64,000 nt of DNA from Mobula hypostoma. Lineage: Eukaryota. Every line of letters begins with the position of its first letter. Within the stretch, counting starts at the first letter, position 1. Of the stretch, positions 50,133-62,457 are shown piece after piece. The notes under the pieces were generated by a model, which saw only the letters and a list, made by a program, of their open reading frames with translations, was not told the origin of the DNA and did not search any database. The translations under genes were made by a program, and so were the position numbers. The stretch is taken from assembly GCF_963921235.1 (NCBI RefSeq), contig NC_086097.1:205160001-205224000 (forward strand), in the 5' to 3' direction.

Positions 50133-52650
50133 CTGTTGTGTGCGTACAACTATATATCAATTACAATAAAAGCACACGTGTTTAACTGGTGTATTCACAT
50201 TGCAGCAAGAGAGAGGGAGAGCAGATCAATGTGCAGTCAATAAGTAGTTCTAAGCGGAGCTATTGATCTAAAAGAAATAGATCCATCCATTACATTTCCT
50301 CCCCCTTTAGATTAATTTAACATAAAACTGTATATCTAACAAAACCTTCAACTTCCCTTCCCTTTAACAAAGCATATTCAAGTAAAGATGCTTTCGCTAT
50401 AACAGTCCATACCTAACTTCACCATACTAAAGATTCAATCTTTTGTGTGGCGCTTTGTTTCTTTCAGGATAGCAGCCTTAGACCTGTGGACTGGCATCAG
50501 GTTTGGCAAGTGTGTTATCAGAGGTAACTTTCTCAGTTGCAGGTGTCATGTTGCTGTTAATGACATGACCATCACTGAGAGGCAAGCCCGGTGGTTGCAA
50601 TGTGTCTGTCTTGTTAGGTGCAATCAAATCAGGTGTGTTCTTCAGCTGAACATCCAGTACCTGGTCAACATGCCATCTCCATGCATGATCTCCAACATCT
50701 ACTGTATATGTCAATGGTCCAGTTCTTGTAGCTATCCTACCGGGTGTCCACTTGTCTTCTCGGTGATCATGTTCTAGGACTTCCGGTCCAGCCTTGAAGA
50801 TCCAGCTGCTTCACTTGGCAACTGGCTGAACTGTTTATTCTGCACTTCCCCCTGGAGATCTGGTTTCAGGAGGTCTACATGAGATCTCCGGTTCCTGCTC
50901 ATGAGCAGTATTGCAGGTGTTTGATTTGTCATCACATGGAGAGAGTTCTGATATACAAAAGGAAATTGTCCACCTTGTGATGTAAAGAAATGTGCTCATT
51001 GTCCATAGCTTTAATGGACTTTTAAAGGTTTGGATAAACCTTTCAGATAATCTGGAAAGCTGGGTGGTGAGGAGCTGACTTGAAATGTTTGATACCATTT
51101 TTCTTCATGATTAGTCTGAACTCTTCGGTCATGTATTGTGGTCCATTGTCACTCACAATTTGTTCTGGTAAGCCATTTCGGGAGAAGATAGATAGTCCTG
51201 AGAGTGGAAGCAGTCTTTTCTAAGGTGGTTGACCTCATTGGTAGATCTCTGGCCACTTTGAATGACCGTTCGCTGCAATCAGGAACATGGAGTCTATGAA
51301 TGGCCCAGTGAAGTCAATTTGCACTCTTTGCCTTGGTGAATACCACCACACCCTCAGGTGTAACAGTGCCTGTGGGGATGCATTTTCAACTTATTGGCAT
51401 CCTAAACAGCTTTTGGCTAAGTCTTCAATCTGTTTATCTGTTCCTGGACTTCACACATAGTTCCATGCGAGACTCTTCATCTTGACTGTACCAAGGTATC
51501 TTCCATGTAAAATTTCTAACACTCTGGTGCACAGTTTGAGGAGAAACATAACATGTTCTTCATCATTTTGTCAGTCACAATGATGTCATCAAGGTAACAT
51601 TGAGTTCCTGGGATATTCTGGAGCACTTTGTTCTTTGCTAAATTGCTGGAACCGATATAACAGCAAAGACAAGACAATCATACTGGAACAGTCCCTTGGG
51701 AGTGTTGATTGTGAGGAACTTCCTGCTTGCCTCTCAATCTTCATTTGCAGATAGGCTTGTGACAAGTCAATCTTTGAAAACCTCTCCCTGCCTGCCAGAG
51801 ATGCAAATAAATGTCTTCTATTCATGGCAGGGGATACTACACAATATGCAGCACAGGGTTGGTGCTCATTTTGAAGTGCCTGCAAATGTGAACGGCTCTG
51901 GCTTTCACTGGGACAATGGGCGTGGCGCAGTCATTCCATTCAACCTTGGACAGAATGCCAAATACCTTCAAGCTCTTTAGAAGGAAATGTGTTAGGCAGT
52001 GTGTGCACTTTCTGGAACCTTGTTGCTTCTTCGTCAATTCAATTCTGGCCATCATGCCTTTGAATTTACCAATACCCTTCTCAAACATGTTTCCATTAGC
52101 ATTAGGCAGCTGTGACAGTCTCTGGTTAGTGCTACCATTTGGGCTGCAGTTGCCTGATAATGACACATTGAGAGCTTTGATTGTGTGCCAGTCTAGCTGC
52201 AAACTAGATTTTTCTCAACTATTTATGTCTGTAAAGTGCTGGCCCTCCACTTTTCAAAACATAAAGCTCTAACTGCTGTATTTTGCTTTCATATGTCACA
52301 TTCACTTTCAGTTTGCCTGTGCGAGACACTTTTTTGCCTGTGCATGTCTTTAGCATCACTGAGATCTTTTCTAATGGTAGTTTAGAAAACAGTCTATTGT
52401 AGTCAGCCTTGAAATTATAGACAAAGTTGACCCTGTATCCAGCTCCATTTCAATTTTATGCCAAATGCATCCGTTGTAATCCATATGATTTTGTGATCTG
52501 CTCTAGTAATGCTATGCAGTTCTAAGTATGACAGTTCACCTTTGTCGGACTCTGTTATCTGATTCTGTTTCAGATTTCAGTTTTGTGCTTGAAACTTTTC
52601 ACTCTGTGTGGGTTTTTGTCTTTGATTGTGTTTTTGTCTGCCTTGCACAT
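50133..52650 (-). mobile_element. Partial degenerate Gypsy element (3' LTR 50133-50294, PPT, deleted pol; gag and 5' LTR not found)
   Basis: LTR is the reverse complement of 54447-54640. PPT AAAGGGGGAGGAAA on the minus strand. ELDTGSTLS protease, FSKIDLSQAYLQ RT and integrase remnants. RT jumps to integrase near 51560. Confidence 0.85.
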
Positions 52651-54446
52651 ATGGCAGGTGAGAGACTATGTCCAAGAAATGAGGCAAATCCTACTGCCAT
52701 TAAGTACAGAGAGGCATCTTATCAGTTTGTCACATATAAAACCATTACCAATGTCTTTCTTTACTGTCTCTTCCCTGTGTCTCAGCATTCTACTATCTGA
52801 ATCACAATGTGGATTCTATTTCAGTATTCTCCTTCCCCCTCACAGATACAGGACATCCCCCAGGATCTCCAATGCTATGTCCAAAAACCACATGATCACC
52901 ATTAATTTTTAAACCAATCTAAAACCTGTTTATTGCTCATCAAGATCACACTCCACATGTAAGGTGGCATGCTGTAACTCGATATGGTGAAACCAAACGT
53001 AACACTCACTAAGAAAAGCATCAACACAGTGTATCTCATTCAACACAGTGTATCTCAGCTACTATTGTCTTTAGCTAATGAAGGCAAGTTTGAACAATAA
53101 TCAACAGATGGGACCCAATTTACAAGATGAAGTCACCCACTTTGCAACCACTTGATTAAAATCATCTCTGATTTTGGACTCAGGGATTAGGCATCATCAT
53201 TTCAGAACTGAGGCCATGAAATCAAAGTGTGAAAAGCCATAGAAATGAAGGATGACCTTTGACATGCCTTACTAGGTACCACGCAAGTACCATGGAGAAT
53301 ATTCCTCATGCTCCCTGATCCCAAAGTCTTGCGTCCGCAGCCACGCAACTTGAAAAGGCCTGATGTACCCTGATATGCTAATCAGAGGCCACTTGAAAAC
53401 CTGTACAGGAACTGGAAGAAGTTGTGTGAGAGTCAGATGTCTGCAGTGACATCAGACTTTGCATGGAAGCCCCTTAATTGATTGTTGCCATTCCCAATAT
53501 GGAGGTCAAAGATTAATTAACATTTTACTCCTTTTCTATTAGCTGGGTTGGTTTTGACAATCAGAAGTATTATTATTAGCTTTATGCATTTTTTTCAGAT
53601 TCCTTTTATGAATGGAACTATCTGTCAGACTAGTAAAGCAAATAGCAAAATAACAATTACTGTTCTTTTTTGAGTCTTGCCCTTTTGTTCAAACACATCT
53701 GCACTTTCTTGAAAGCTGGTCTACTGAGGAAATTATAAGTAAAAGAGATTGAATGCCTGACACTGATCACCTTCATATTTCCCAAAATTAGAGCCATAAA
53801 CATTTTATTCAATGGGTGTCAATAGTTACCAATCCTGATTTTTCACAGCAGTGAAAGTAAGAAGCTTTTTGAAGATATGTGGAATGCAATGTTTCAAAAA
53901 GAAGCAGCAGCAGGAACCAAGACTGTTTATCTTTAGGTCACATTGCTCATGTGGAAATCTAAATGTGACACATCACATTTTGCATCTGTAGGAGGAAGAG
54001 AAGTGTTTATGTAACCTCTAACTATATCCTCTAACTTTACAAAATGTGATGCATTTTAAACAATTTCATTAAAATTTTGAATACTCAGCAAAAATGTGTT
54101 TTTATAGTTGGAATTGCTGATAAACTCAGGGTAAGTTCCATACATACCTTACATTTGTCAGTATATGTTTACCTTCCTAATTTCTATCAAAGTTAACTAT
54201 GTTAAAAGCATAAAACTATTTAATGATTTCAGGAATTATAAATGCTGAAAATTACACACTTAACAAAATTTTGCTTTTACACTGCCAATATTTTAGGATA
54301 TTCTAATCAGGCCCTACTTGGTTTATATTTCCACTTGACAGTCTCTTGAATGAATGCTATGTGGTCCACAAGATGCTGTACCTTTCATTGTTCACAAAAG
54401 GGTAGAAACCTGTTCTCAGACATCGGCAACATCTCTTGCTTGGCAC

Positions 54447-57400
54447 TGTAAAATATGGACCTATTTCTTTTAGAGCAATGATCCCCCCCACCCTCTTAGC
54501 AATATGGATTGACCTGTTGTCTGCACATGCACATTGTTTTCTCTCTCTTTCTCTCACTGCAATGTGAACACACCAGTTAAAGCCATCACCCACGTGCGTA
54601 CTTTTATTTAATCGATATGTAGTTGTGCACAGACACAACAGATTGGTGATGAGTATGAACCTGAATGTCAGAGAATATCATGAACTGCACCAACAGTTAT
54701 GGGACGAAACAATGAGAATTAAATAACATGAGAAAGCAGAAGGACGTGTGAGTAACAGTGAAAGACACATTGAATTTAAAGTGAAAATAACATGGTGATG
54801 GCTTCTGTCAGGAAAGTTGATGAAGTTAACAGTGCTAATGAAGACTGGGAGTCGTATATTGAGAGTGTTGAACTTATTGCACTGCGAACAACATGGAGGA
54901 GCAAAAGAAAGTACCTACTACCTGCTGCGTTCACCAGCAACTTTGATGTATGTTGCTTGAATTTCCAGCATCTGCAGAATTCCTGGTGTTTGCGTTTAAA
55001 TGCTGCTTGGCCTGCTGCGTTCACCAGCATCTTTGATGTATGTTGCTTGAATTTCCAGCATCTGCAGAATTCCTGTTGTTCCCTACACTACTTAGTCTAA
55101 TAGTCCCAGGAACTTACAGTATCTTATGTAACTTAGTAACCCCTGTAATGCCAGCAAACAAGACGTTCAATGATATTGTTACAATTTTACAAAATCTGTT
55201 GAGCCCTAAACTGCTGGTAATAGCTGAGAAATTTAGAACCAGTCAAAAGATGAAAACCTTTCTGAATGCATTGCAGAAATGTGCAAACCTTCTTGGTACT
55301 GTGACTTCAGAGATGGATTTTCTGATGCATTAAGGGACAGACTTGTATGTGGCATGCATAGTTAAAGCACTCAAAAGAGGCTATTATTCAAAAGAGACCT
55401 AACCTTAGAATGGGCATTGACCATTGCAATATCATCAGAGACTGCAGCAAAGGATGCGGCAGAACTACAGAAAAAGAGGTTAGAATGTGAAATGCACAAA
55501 ATGTTCCTGAATGATGCAAAAAGCCAAAGATGTTATCAATATGGAAAATCTCCCTATGATGCAAAGGACTGTTGGTTCAAAAAAGTCTGCAGAAAGTGTC
55601 ACAGACAGTGTCACAGACAATGTCACAGAGAGAATATGCAAGGAGACAAAAAGCACAACTGGGTGAAAAGTCTCAAACACAAAACTAAGCAAATGCATAA
55701 AGTTACCAAATGTAAAATAGAATCAGACAACATGGAATCTGACAAAGGTGAACTGTCATGCCCAGAATTGCACAGATCACACTGAACCAGATCACAAAAT
55801 CTTCTGGATCACAATAGATGTGTCAGGTGTAAAACTGAAAATGGAGCTGAATACAGGATCAGCTTTGTCCATAACTCTAGAGGTTGACTACAACAGACTG
55901 TTTTCTAAGATACCATTAGAGAAAAAAATGTCTCCCAAAGGCAAACTGAAAGTAAATGTGACATATGGAGGCCAAACACAAGAATTAAAGATTTGTGTAC
56001 CGAAAAGTGGAGGGCCACCACTTTTGGGAAGTGAATGGTTGAGAAAATTTCAACTAGACTGGCAGTCAATCAAAGGTCTCTGTGTGACATCAACACAAAA
56101 TGGCATCCCAAATAGTAGCACTAACCAGAGAATGGCCCAGCTGCTTAGTGCTAATGAGAAGGTGTTTGAGAAGGGGGGTTGGTAAACTCAAAGGCACGAA
56201 GGCAGAATTGAACTGAATGAAGCAGCAACACCAAGATTCCATAAAGCACATCCAGTGCCTTATGCATTATGTCCTAAAGTGGATGCTGAACAGCGGAGCT
56301 TGGAGGCATCTGGAATTTACTCCAAGGTTGAGTGGAGTGATTGGGCCATGCCCATTATCCCAGGGATCAAGAAAGGGAAGGCAGGAGCCATTTGCATATG
56401 TGGGGATTTCAAGGTGAGCATCAACCCAGTGCTGTGTACTGTGCAGTATCCCCTGCCATGAACAGAATACATTTTTGCATCTCTGGCAAAGAGATGACTT
56501 GTCACAAGCCAGTCTTTAAATGGAGATTGAGGAGTCAAACAGGAAGTTCCTCACAATCAGCACTCACAAGGGACTGTTCCAGTATAATCGTCTCATCTTT
56601 GGCAGCCCATCAGCTCCAGCAATTTGGCAAAGAGCAATGGACAAAGTGCTCCAAGATATCCCAGGAACACAATGTCACCTTGATGACATCATTGTTATTG
56701 GCAAAAATGATGACGGGCACCTCCAGAACCTTGGTGAAGTGCTCATGGGGCTGACTGAGTATGGTCTGCACTCAAAGAGAGAGAAATGAGTTTTCATTCT
56801 TGAAAAACTCACATTGTGGACATGTCATTGACAAGAATAGCTTACTTAAGTCACAAGAGAAGATTGAAGCTGTACTATGAGCACCCAAACCAGAAAATGT
56901 GTCGCAATTCAGGTCATACTTGGGACTTGTAAACAACTACCACTGATTTCTCCCAAACATTGCTACATCCATTGAATGCACTGTTACAGACAGGAGTAAA
57001 GTGGGAATGGTCAGAAAGATGTGAAAGAGCATTCAAAGAAACAGAGACTAATAACATTCGATGAACTTCTCACATTTCATGACACATCAGACTGAAGTGT
57101 GATGCATCCCTTTATAGCTTAGTCTAATCTGGGGAATAAAGAAGTTCCACCAATACCTCCATGGACTAAAGCTTACACTAGTGACAGATCACAAGCTTCT
57201 TGTGTCCATTTTCAAACCCTGGAGGGGAATTCCAGTGATGACTGCTACCTGGTTACAATGTTGGACACTGTTCCTAGGAGCCCACTCTTATGACATAGAG
57301 TTCAAGGGTACCAAACAACACAGCAATTCTGATGGGTTGTCATATCTTCCACTGCTGGCAACTGAAGAAGTCTTCAGACTGTGGTCCAGCAGAAGTGTTC

Positions 57401-59039
57401 CACACTGCATTCATGGACCAGTTGCCGGTAACAAATTCTGAAATACAGATACAAGGAATAATCTGACGTTGTCAAAAGTCTGTGAAATCACCATGCAAAG
57501 ATGGCCAACTCATGGTAACTTTATGTTTTAGAGTCTTCAGTGAGACGAGACTGACTCTCGGTATGTCAAAGAATGCTGAGGTGTGGATCTTTTGATATGG
57601 TTCCCTCTAAGCTGCATACCACAGTGTTAGAAAATCTGCTTGAAGGACACCTGGGTACAGTCAAGATGAAGAGTGTCACCCAGACTTACATGTGGTGACC
57701 AGGACTAGATAAACAGCTTAAGACTTGACCAAAAGCTGTTTAGGATGCCAAACAGTTCAAAATGCAACCCTAAAGGTACCGTTACACCCGTGGGAGTGGC
57801 CATTATCACCATGGCAAAGAGTACGTATTGACTTTGCTAGGCCATTCATGGACTCCATGTCCCTGATTGCTGTGGATGCTCATTCAAAGTGGCTGGAGGT
57901 TATAACAATGAAGTCAACCACCTCAGAAAAGACTGTCTTATCACTAAGGACTCTCTTCACCAGAAATGACTTACTAGAAGAAATTGAGTGAGAATACACA
58001 TCAGAAAATTTCTGACTATCCATGAAGGAAAAAAAAAACAGCATCAGATATTTCAGGTCCTCTCACCACCCAACAATGAATGGATTAGCTGAAAGGTGTA
58101 TCCAAACCTTCAAAAAGTTTATTGAAGTAATGGACAAGGAAGGCATTTCTTTACAGCACAATGTGATCATCTTCCTTTTTGTGTATTGGAACTCTGTCCA
58201 TGCGACAATAAATCAAACCTGCAGTTCTGTTCATGATCAGGAATCTGCGATCTCACATAGACCCCTTGAAACCAGACCTCCTGAGGGAAGTACAGAATAA
58301 TCAATTCAACCAGATGTCAAGTGAAGCAGCAAGGAGCTTCAAGGCTGGACGGAAACCCCTCGAACATGATCACTGTGAAGACGAGTGGACAGCCGGTAGG
58401 ATAGCTCAAAGAACTGGACCACTGATGTACACAGTGGATGTTGGAGATCTGACATAGACCAGATACTAGATGCTCAACTGAAGAACACACCTGAGTTGAC
58501 GGCATCCAACAAGATGGACTCATTACAGTCGCCAGACTTATCCCTCTGTGACGATGTCACTGACAGCATTGTGACACTAGAAACTGAGAACCTGATGCCA
58601 CTCCACAGGTCCAGGGATGCGCCGAGAACGTTACCGTTGATTAAACACCTGCCAAACCTGTTGCCACTCCAGAGGTCGAGAGGCACTATCCTGAAAGTAA
58701 CAGAGCGCCAGCCAAAAATCAGAATCCTTAGAACTCTGAAGCTAGTCATGGACTGTTGTTGTGAAAGCATGTTTATTTGGAGTGTGGGTTATGAAAGGGA
58801 AATCGAATGTATTGTATGTATACAGTTTATGTTTGATTAATCTAAAGGGGAAGGACGTGTAACATATGGATCTATTTCTTTTAGAGCAATGACTCCCCTT
58901 AGTTGTACAAATTGATCTGTTGACTGCGCATGTACTGTTGTTTACACATGCACATTGTTCTCGCTACAATGTGAATACACAAGTTAGAGCCATCACCTGC
59001 TTTCATTTAATGAATATGTAGTTGTGCACAGACAAAGCA
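54447..59039 (+). mobile_element. Degenerate full-length Gypsy LTR retrotransposon with 5-bp TSD
   Basis: LTRs 54447-54640 and 58858-59039 (TG...CA). GGCAC at 54442-54446 and 59040-59044. PBS-like TTGGTGATGAG, PPT AAAGGGGAAGGA. Gag (EDWESYIE), protease (ELNTGSALS), RT (ICGDFK, LDDIIV), RNase H (TDHKLL) and integrase (RIDFARP, NGLAER). Confidence 0.95.
54921..55081 (+). mobile_element. Tandem dimer of the PLE 3' terminus inserted in Gypsy gag
   Basis: 90-bp period: CCTGCTGCGTTCACCAGCA at 54921 and 55011. Sequence matches the terminus of 42607-46154. Confidence 0.88.
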
Positions 59040-59829
59040 GGCACCATCATATTCACTAATTGCCGAAGTTAATTAGAGAGAAGCTGCATAAATTCTTTCA
59101 GCAAGGGAAGACAGGTAAATTTTCACAGCAGGATCCCTAGGGTTTATTTTATTTTTCAAGGTATTTGCCAAGCAATAAATGTCTATACTTTATATTTAGT
59201 AAGATTAATCTTTCTTCTTTGATGCCAACTTTGAATTCATCTTTCCCTGACAATAGGAAATAAAGAAATTTTATTGTTTTTATATTGGTCTCATTAAGAA
59301 CACTGAGATGACCTTTGAACAATATCTCTGCTACATTGTGAAGATTCCCTCTATATAAGGATAAACATCATCACCTTTGTAAAATAACATTTCCATCTGT
59401 TCCTTAAATACAGAAATTCTCATCCATTTCTTTACTACCTCTAGGTGTGACTGCTCCCATCACTCAATTCTAAAACACTCCGAGTTAGTCTCTTATACTC
59501 AATTCAGCAAAAAATTCAGACTGTCTAAAATTCTACACTTTGTATCACTATGTTATCTGATCCCGTTGGTGCTGCTTTATCTGCCCTTGTTACCCAACAT
59601 GCAAAGCTGCACTTTGAAAAATCACAATCTTATTTGCAAATCCCTCTAAGGTCTTATTTTCATCTGTCTTCATAACTTTCAATCACATAGATATATCTTA
59701 AGCCTATGACCTGCTAATGTTGACCTCTTGAGCACTCTCAAACTCAGTACTCCACATACAACATACCGTTTGTCTTTAAGAGATTTAACCAAATTTGCAA
59801 GTGTTTAAGAGAGATGGTTATACTGAATG

Positions 59830-61812
59830 AGATCTACCTACAGGAAAGATGTAAATAAGGTTGAAAGAATACAGAGAAAATTTACAAGGATGTTGCCAAG
59901 ACTGGACTACCTGTGTTATACAGAAAGATTCATTATGTTAAGACTTCATGCCTTAGAACGTAGAAGATAAGACCATAAGATATAGGAGCAGATTTAGGCC
60001 ATTTGACCCATCAAATCTACTCTACCAGTTCATCTTTGCTGATCTGATTTTTATCTCAGCCCCAATCTCCTGCCTTCTACCCTTATCCTTTCATGTCCTG
60101 ACCAATCGAGAACCTATAAACCGCTGCCTTAAATATACATTATGGCTTGGCCTGCACAGCTGCCTGTGGCAAAGAATTCCACAGATTCACCACTCTCTGG
60201 CTAAAGGACGTCCTCCTCACCTCCATTCTAAAAGGACAACCCTCTCATCTGAGGCTGTGTCCTCTGGTCTTAGACTCTCCCACCATGGGAAATATCCTCT
60301 CCACTTCCACTCTATCGAGGCCTTCCACCATTCGATAGGATTTAATGAGGTCATCCTTCATTCTTCTGAATTTTAGTGAATACAGGCCCAGAGCCATTAA
60401 ATACTCTTCATATGAACTTCCTTTGAACCCTCTCCAGTTTCAGCATGCCCTTTCTAAGATAAGGGGCCCAAACCTGCTCAGAATGCTCCAAGTGAAGCCT
60501 CACTAGTGCTTTATAAAGTCTCAACATTACATCCTTGCTTTTATATTCTAGTCCTTTTGAAATGAATACTAACATTGTATTTGCCTTACTTGACCCACAA
60601 ATTTAGGGATTCCTGTACAAGTACTCTCAAGTCCTTTTGTGCCTCAGTTTTTTTTTCTCTCCATTTAGAAAATTGTCATCACTTTTATTTGTTCTACCAA
60701 TGCTCATGACCGCACTCTTCCCAACACTTTATTCCATCTGTTATTTCTTTGCCCATTCTCCTAATTTGTCTAAGTCCTTCTGTTGCCTCTCTACTTCCTC
60801 CAAACTACCTGCCCTCCAGCTATCTTCATATCATCTGCAAATATTGCAATGCCATAAATTCCATTATACAAATCATTGACAAATAACATAAAAGGAGTTG
60901 ATCCCAACACAAACGCCCATGGAATACCACTAGTCACCAGCTTCCAGACAGAAAAAGCTCCCTTCATCCCCACTCTGTGTCTCCTGACAATTAACCACTG
61001 CTTTATCCATACTAGAATCTTTCCTGTAATACCATGGGCTCGTAGCTTGTTAAGCAGCCTCATGTGTGCCACCTTGTTAAATGCCTTCTGAAAAGCCAAG
61101 TACACAACATCAATCGATTCTCCTTTGTCTATCCTGCGTGTTACTTCTTCAAATAATTCATACAGATTTGTCAGGCAAGATTTTCCCTTGAGGAAACCAT
61201 GCTGACTACGGCCTATTTTTTCATGTGCCTCCAAATACTCTGAAACATCATCCTTAATAATTAGCCCCAACATCTTCCCAAACAGAGAGGTCGGACTAAC
61301 TGGCCTATAGTTTCCTTTTTTCTGCCCTTCTCCTTTCTTGAAATGTAGAGCTTTGTTTGCAATTTTTCAGTCGTCCAGAACCATAACATAACAGTGATCC
61401 TTGAAAATCATTACTAATGCCTCCACAATCTCTTCAACCTCCTCTTTCAGAACCCTGGGTCAAGGTGACTTATCCACCTTCAGATCTTTCAGCGTCCCAA
61501 GAACCTTCTCCCATATTATGGAAACTCACATGCTTCATGATCCTGACACCTGGAACTTCCAACATACTGCTAGTGTCTTCCACAGTGAAGGGAACATACA
61601 GGGAAACTTCTTCACTCAGTAAGAGTGTGGAATGAGGTACCAGTGCAAGCAGTGATTGCAAGGTTGATTTCAATGTTTAAGTGAATTTGTATAGGTACTG
61701 TACGCGGTTGGTAGCGGTATCGAGTGCTTGGGTCTCAGTGCAGGTCGATGGGTCCAGGCCGTTTAAATATGTTGGCATGGACTGCTTTGGCTGTACTTTT
61801 CTATGACTCTTA
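59830..61812 (+). mobile_element. Old CR1 3' fragment (59830-59967 and 61586-61812) interrupted by a minus-strand CR1
   Basis: YRKDVNKVERIQRKFTRML before the insertion; GNIQGNFFTQ and a TTCTATGACTCT tail after it. Confidence 0.7.
59968..61585 (-). mobile_element. 5'-truncated degenerate CR1
   Basis: Tail TAAGACCATAAGATATAGG. ORF 60791-61273 (SQHGFLKGKSCLTNL, FADDMK). Confidence 0.88.
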
Positions 61813-62189
61813 AAGACGAAGGGATACCTCTCTAATTTTTAGATTAAAATTTTGCCTTTCCTCATTCAATATGATTTCTATCTACCAGTCCTTGGTCTTA
61901 AACTTCCCAAATAATCATCACCCAATCATTGTTGAAACCAAGTTCTTTGTATTTGTCTCCCAGCCTAATAAACTTCCTTACCTGATTGGATGCTCTGTTG
62001 AACATCTCCCTAACCTAATATGCAAAATACAAATTCCAATAGAAACCAATCAGAAACTTAATCTGGCTTCTGACCTGTCCATTCAAGTGTAGAAATTCTT
62101 CCCAATAACATTTTGTAAGACATATTCATTTACCTGCATCCAAATTCATTAGAAGAACAAAGATTAAGATTATCCCTAGATAAAGTCAT

Positions 62190-62457
62190 ATAAAGCCAGG
62201 AAGTTATGTTGCAGCTTTATAAAAGGCCATATCTAAAGTATTTCATACAGTGCTGGTCGCTCCATTATAGGAAGGATATTGAGGCTTTGGAGGGAGTAAA
62301 AAGAGGATTACCAGATTGAAATGTCTAATACTGGAGGGTATGCATTTAAAGTGAGAAGATGTACCAAGTATTTTTTTTACTACAGAGAGTGGTAGGTGCA
62401 TGGAATGTGCTGCCTGGGGTGTTATTAGAGGCAGAAAATTAAAAACTTTTAAGAGGC
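62190..62457 (+). mobile_element. Old CR1 3' fragment
   Basis: WSLHYRKDIEALE and TERVVGAWNVLP remnants. Confidence 0.65.

Noticed and set aside
54921..55081. Direct repeats resembling a CRISPR array
   Set aside because: Only two units, no unique spacers, eukaryotic context, and the sequence is the PLE terminus.
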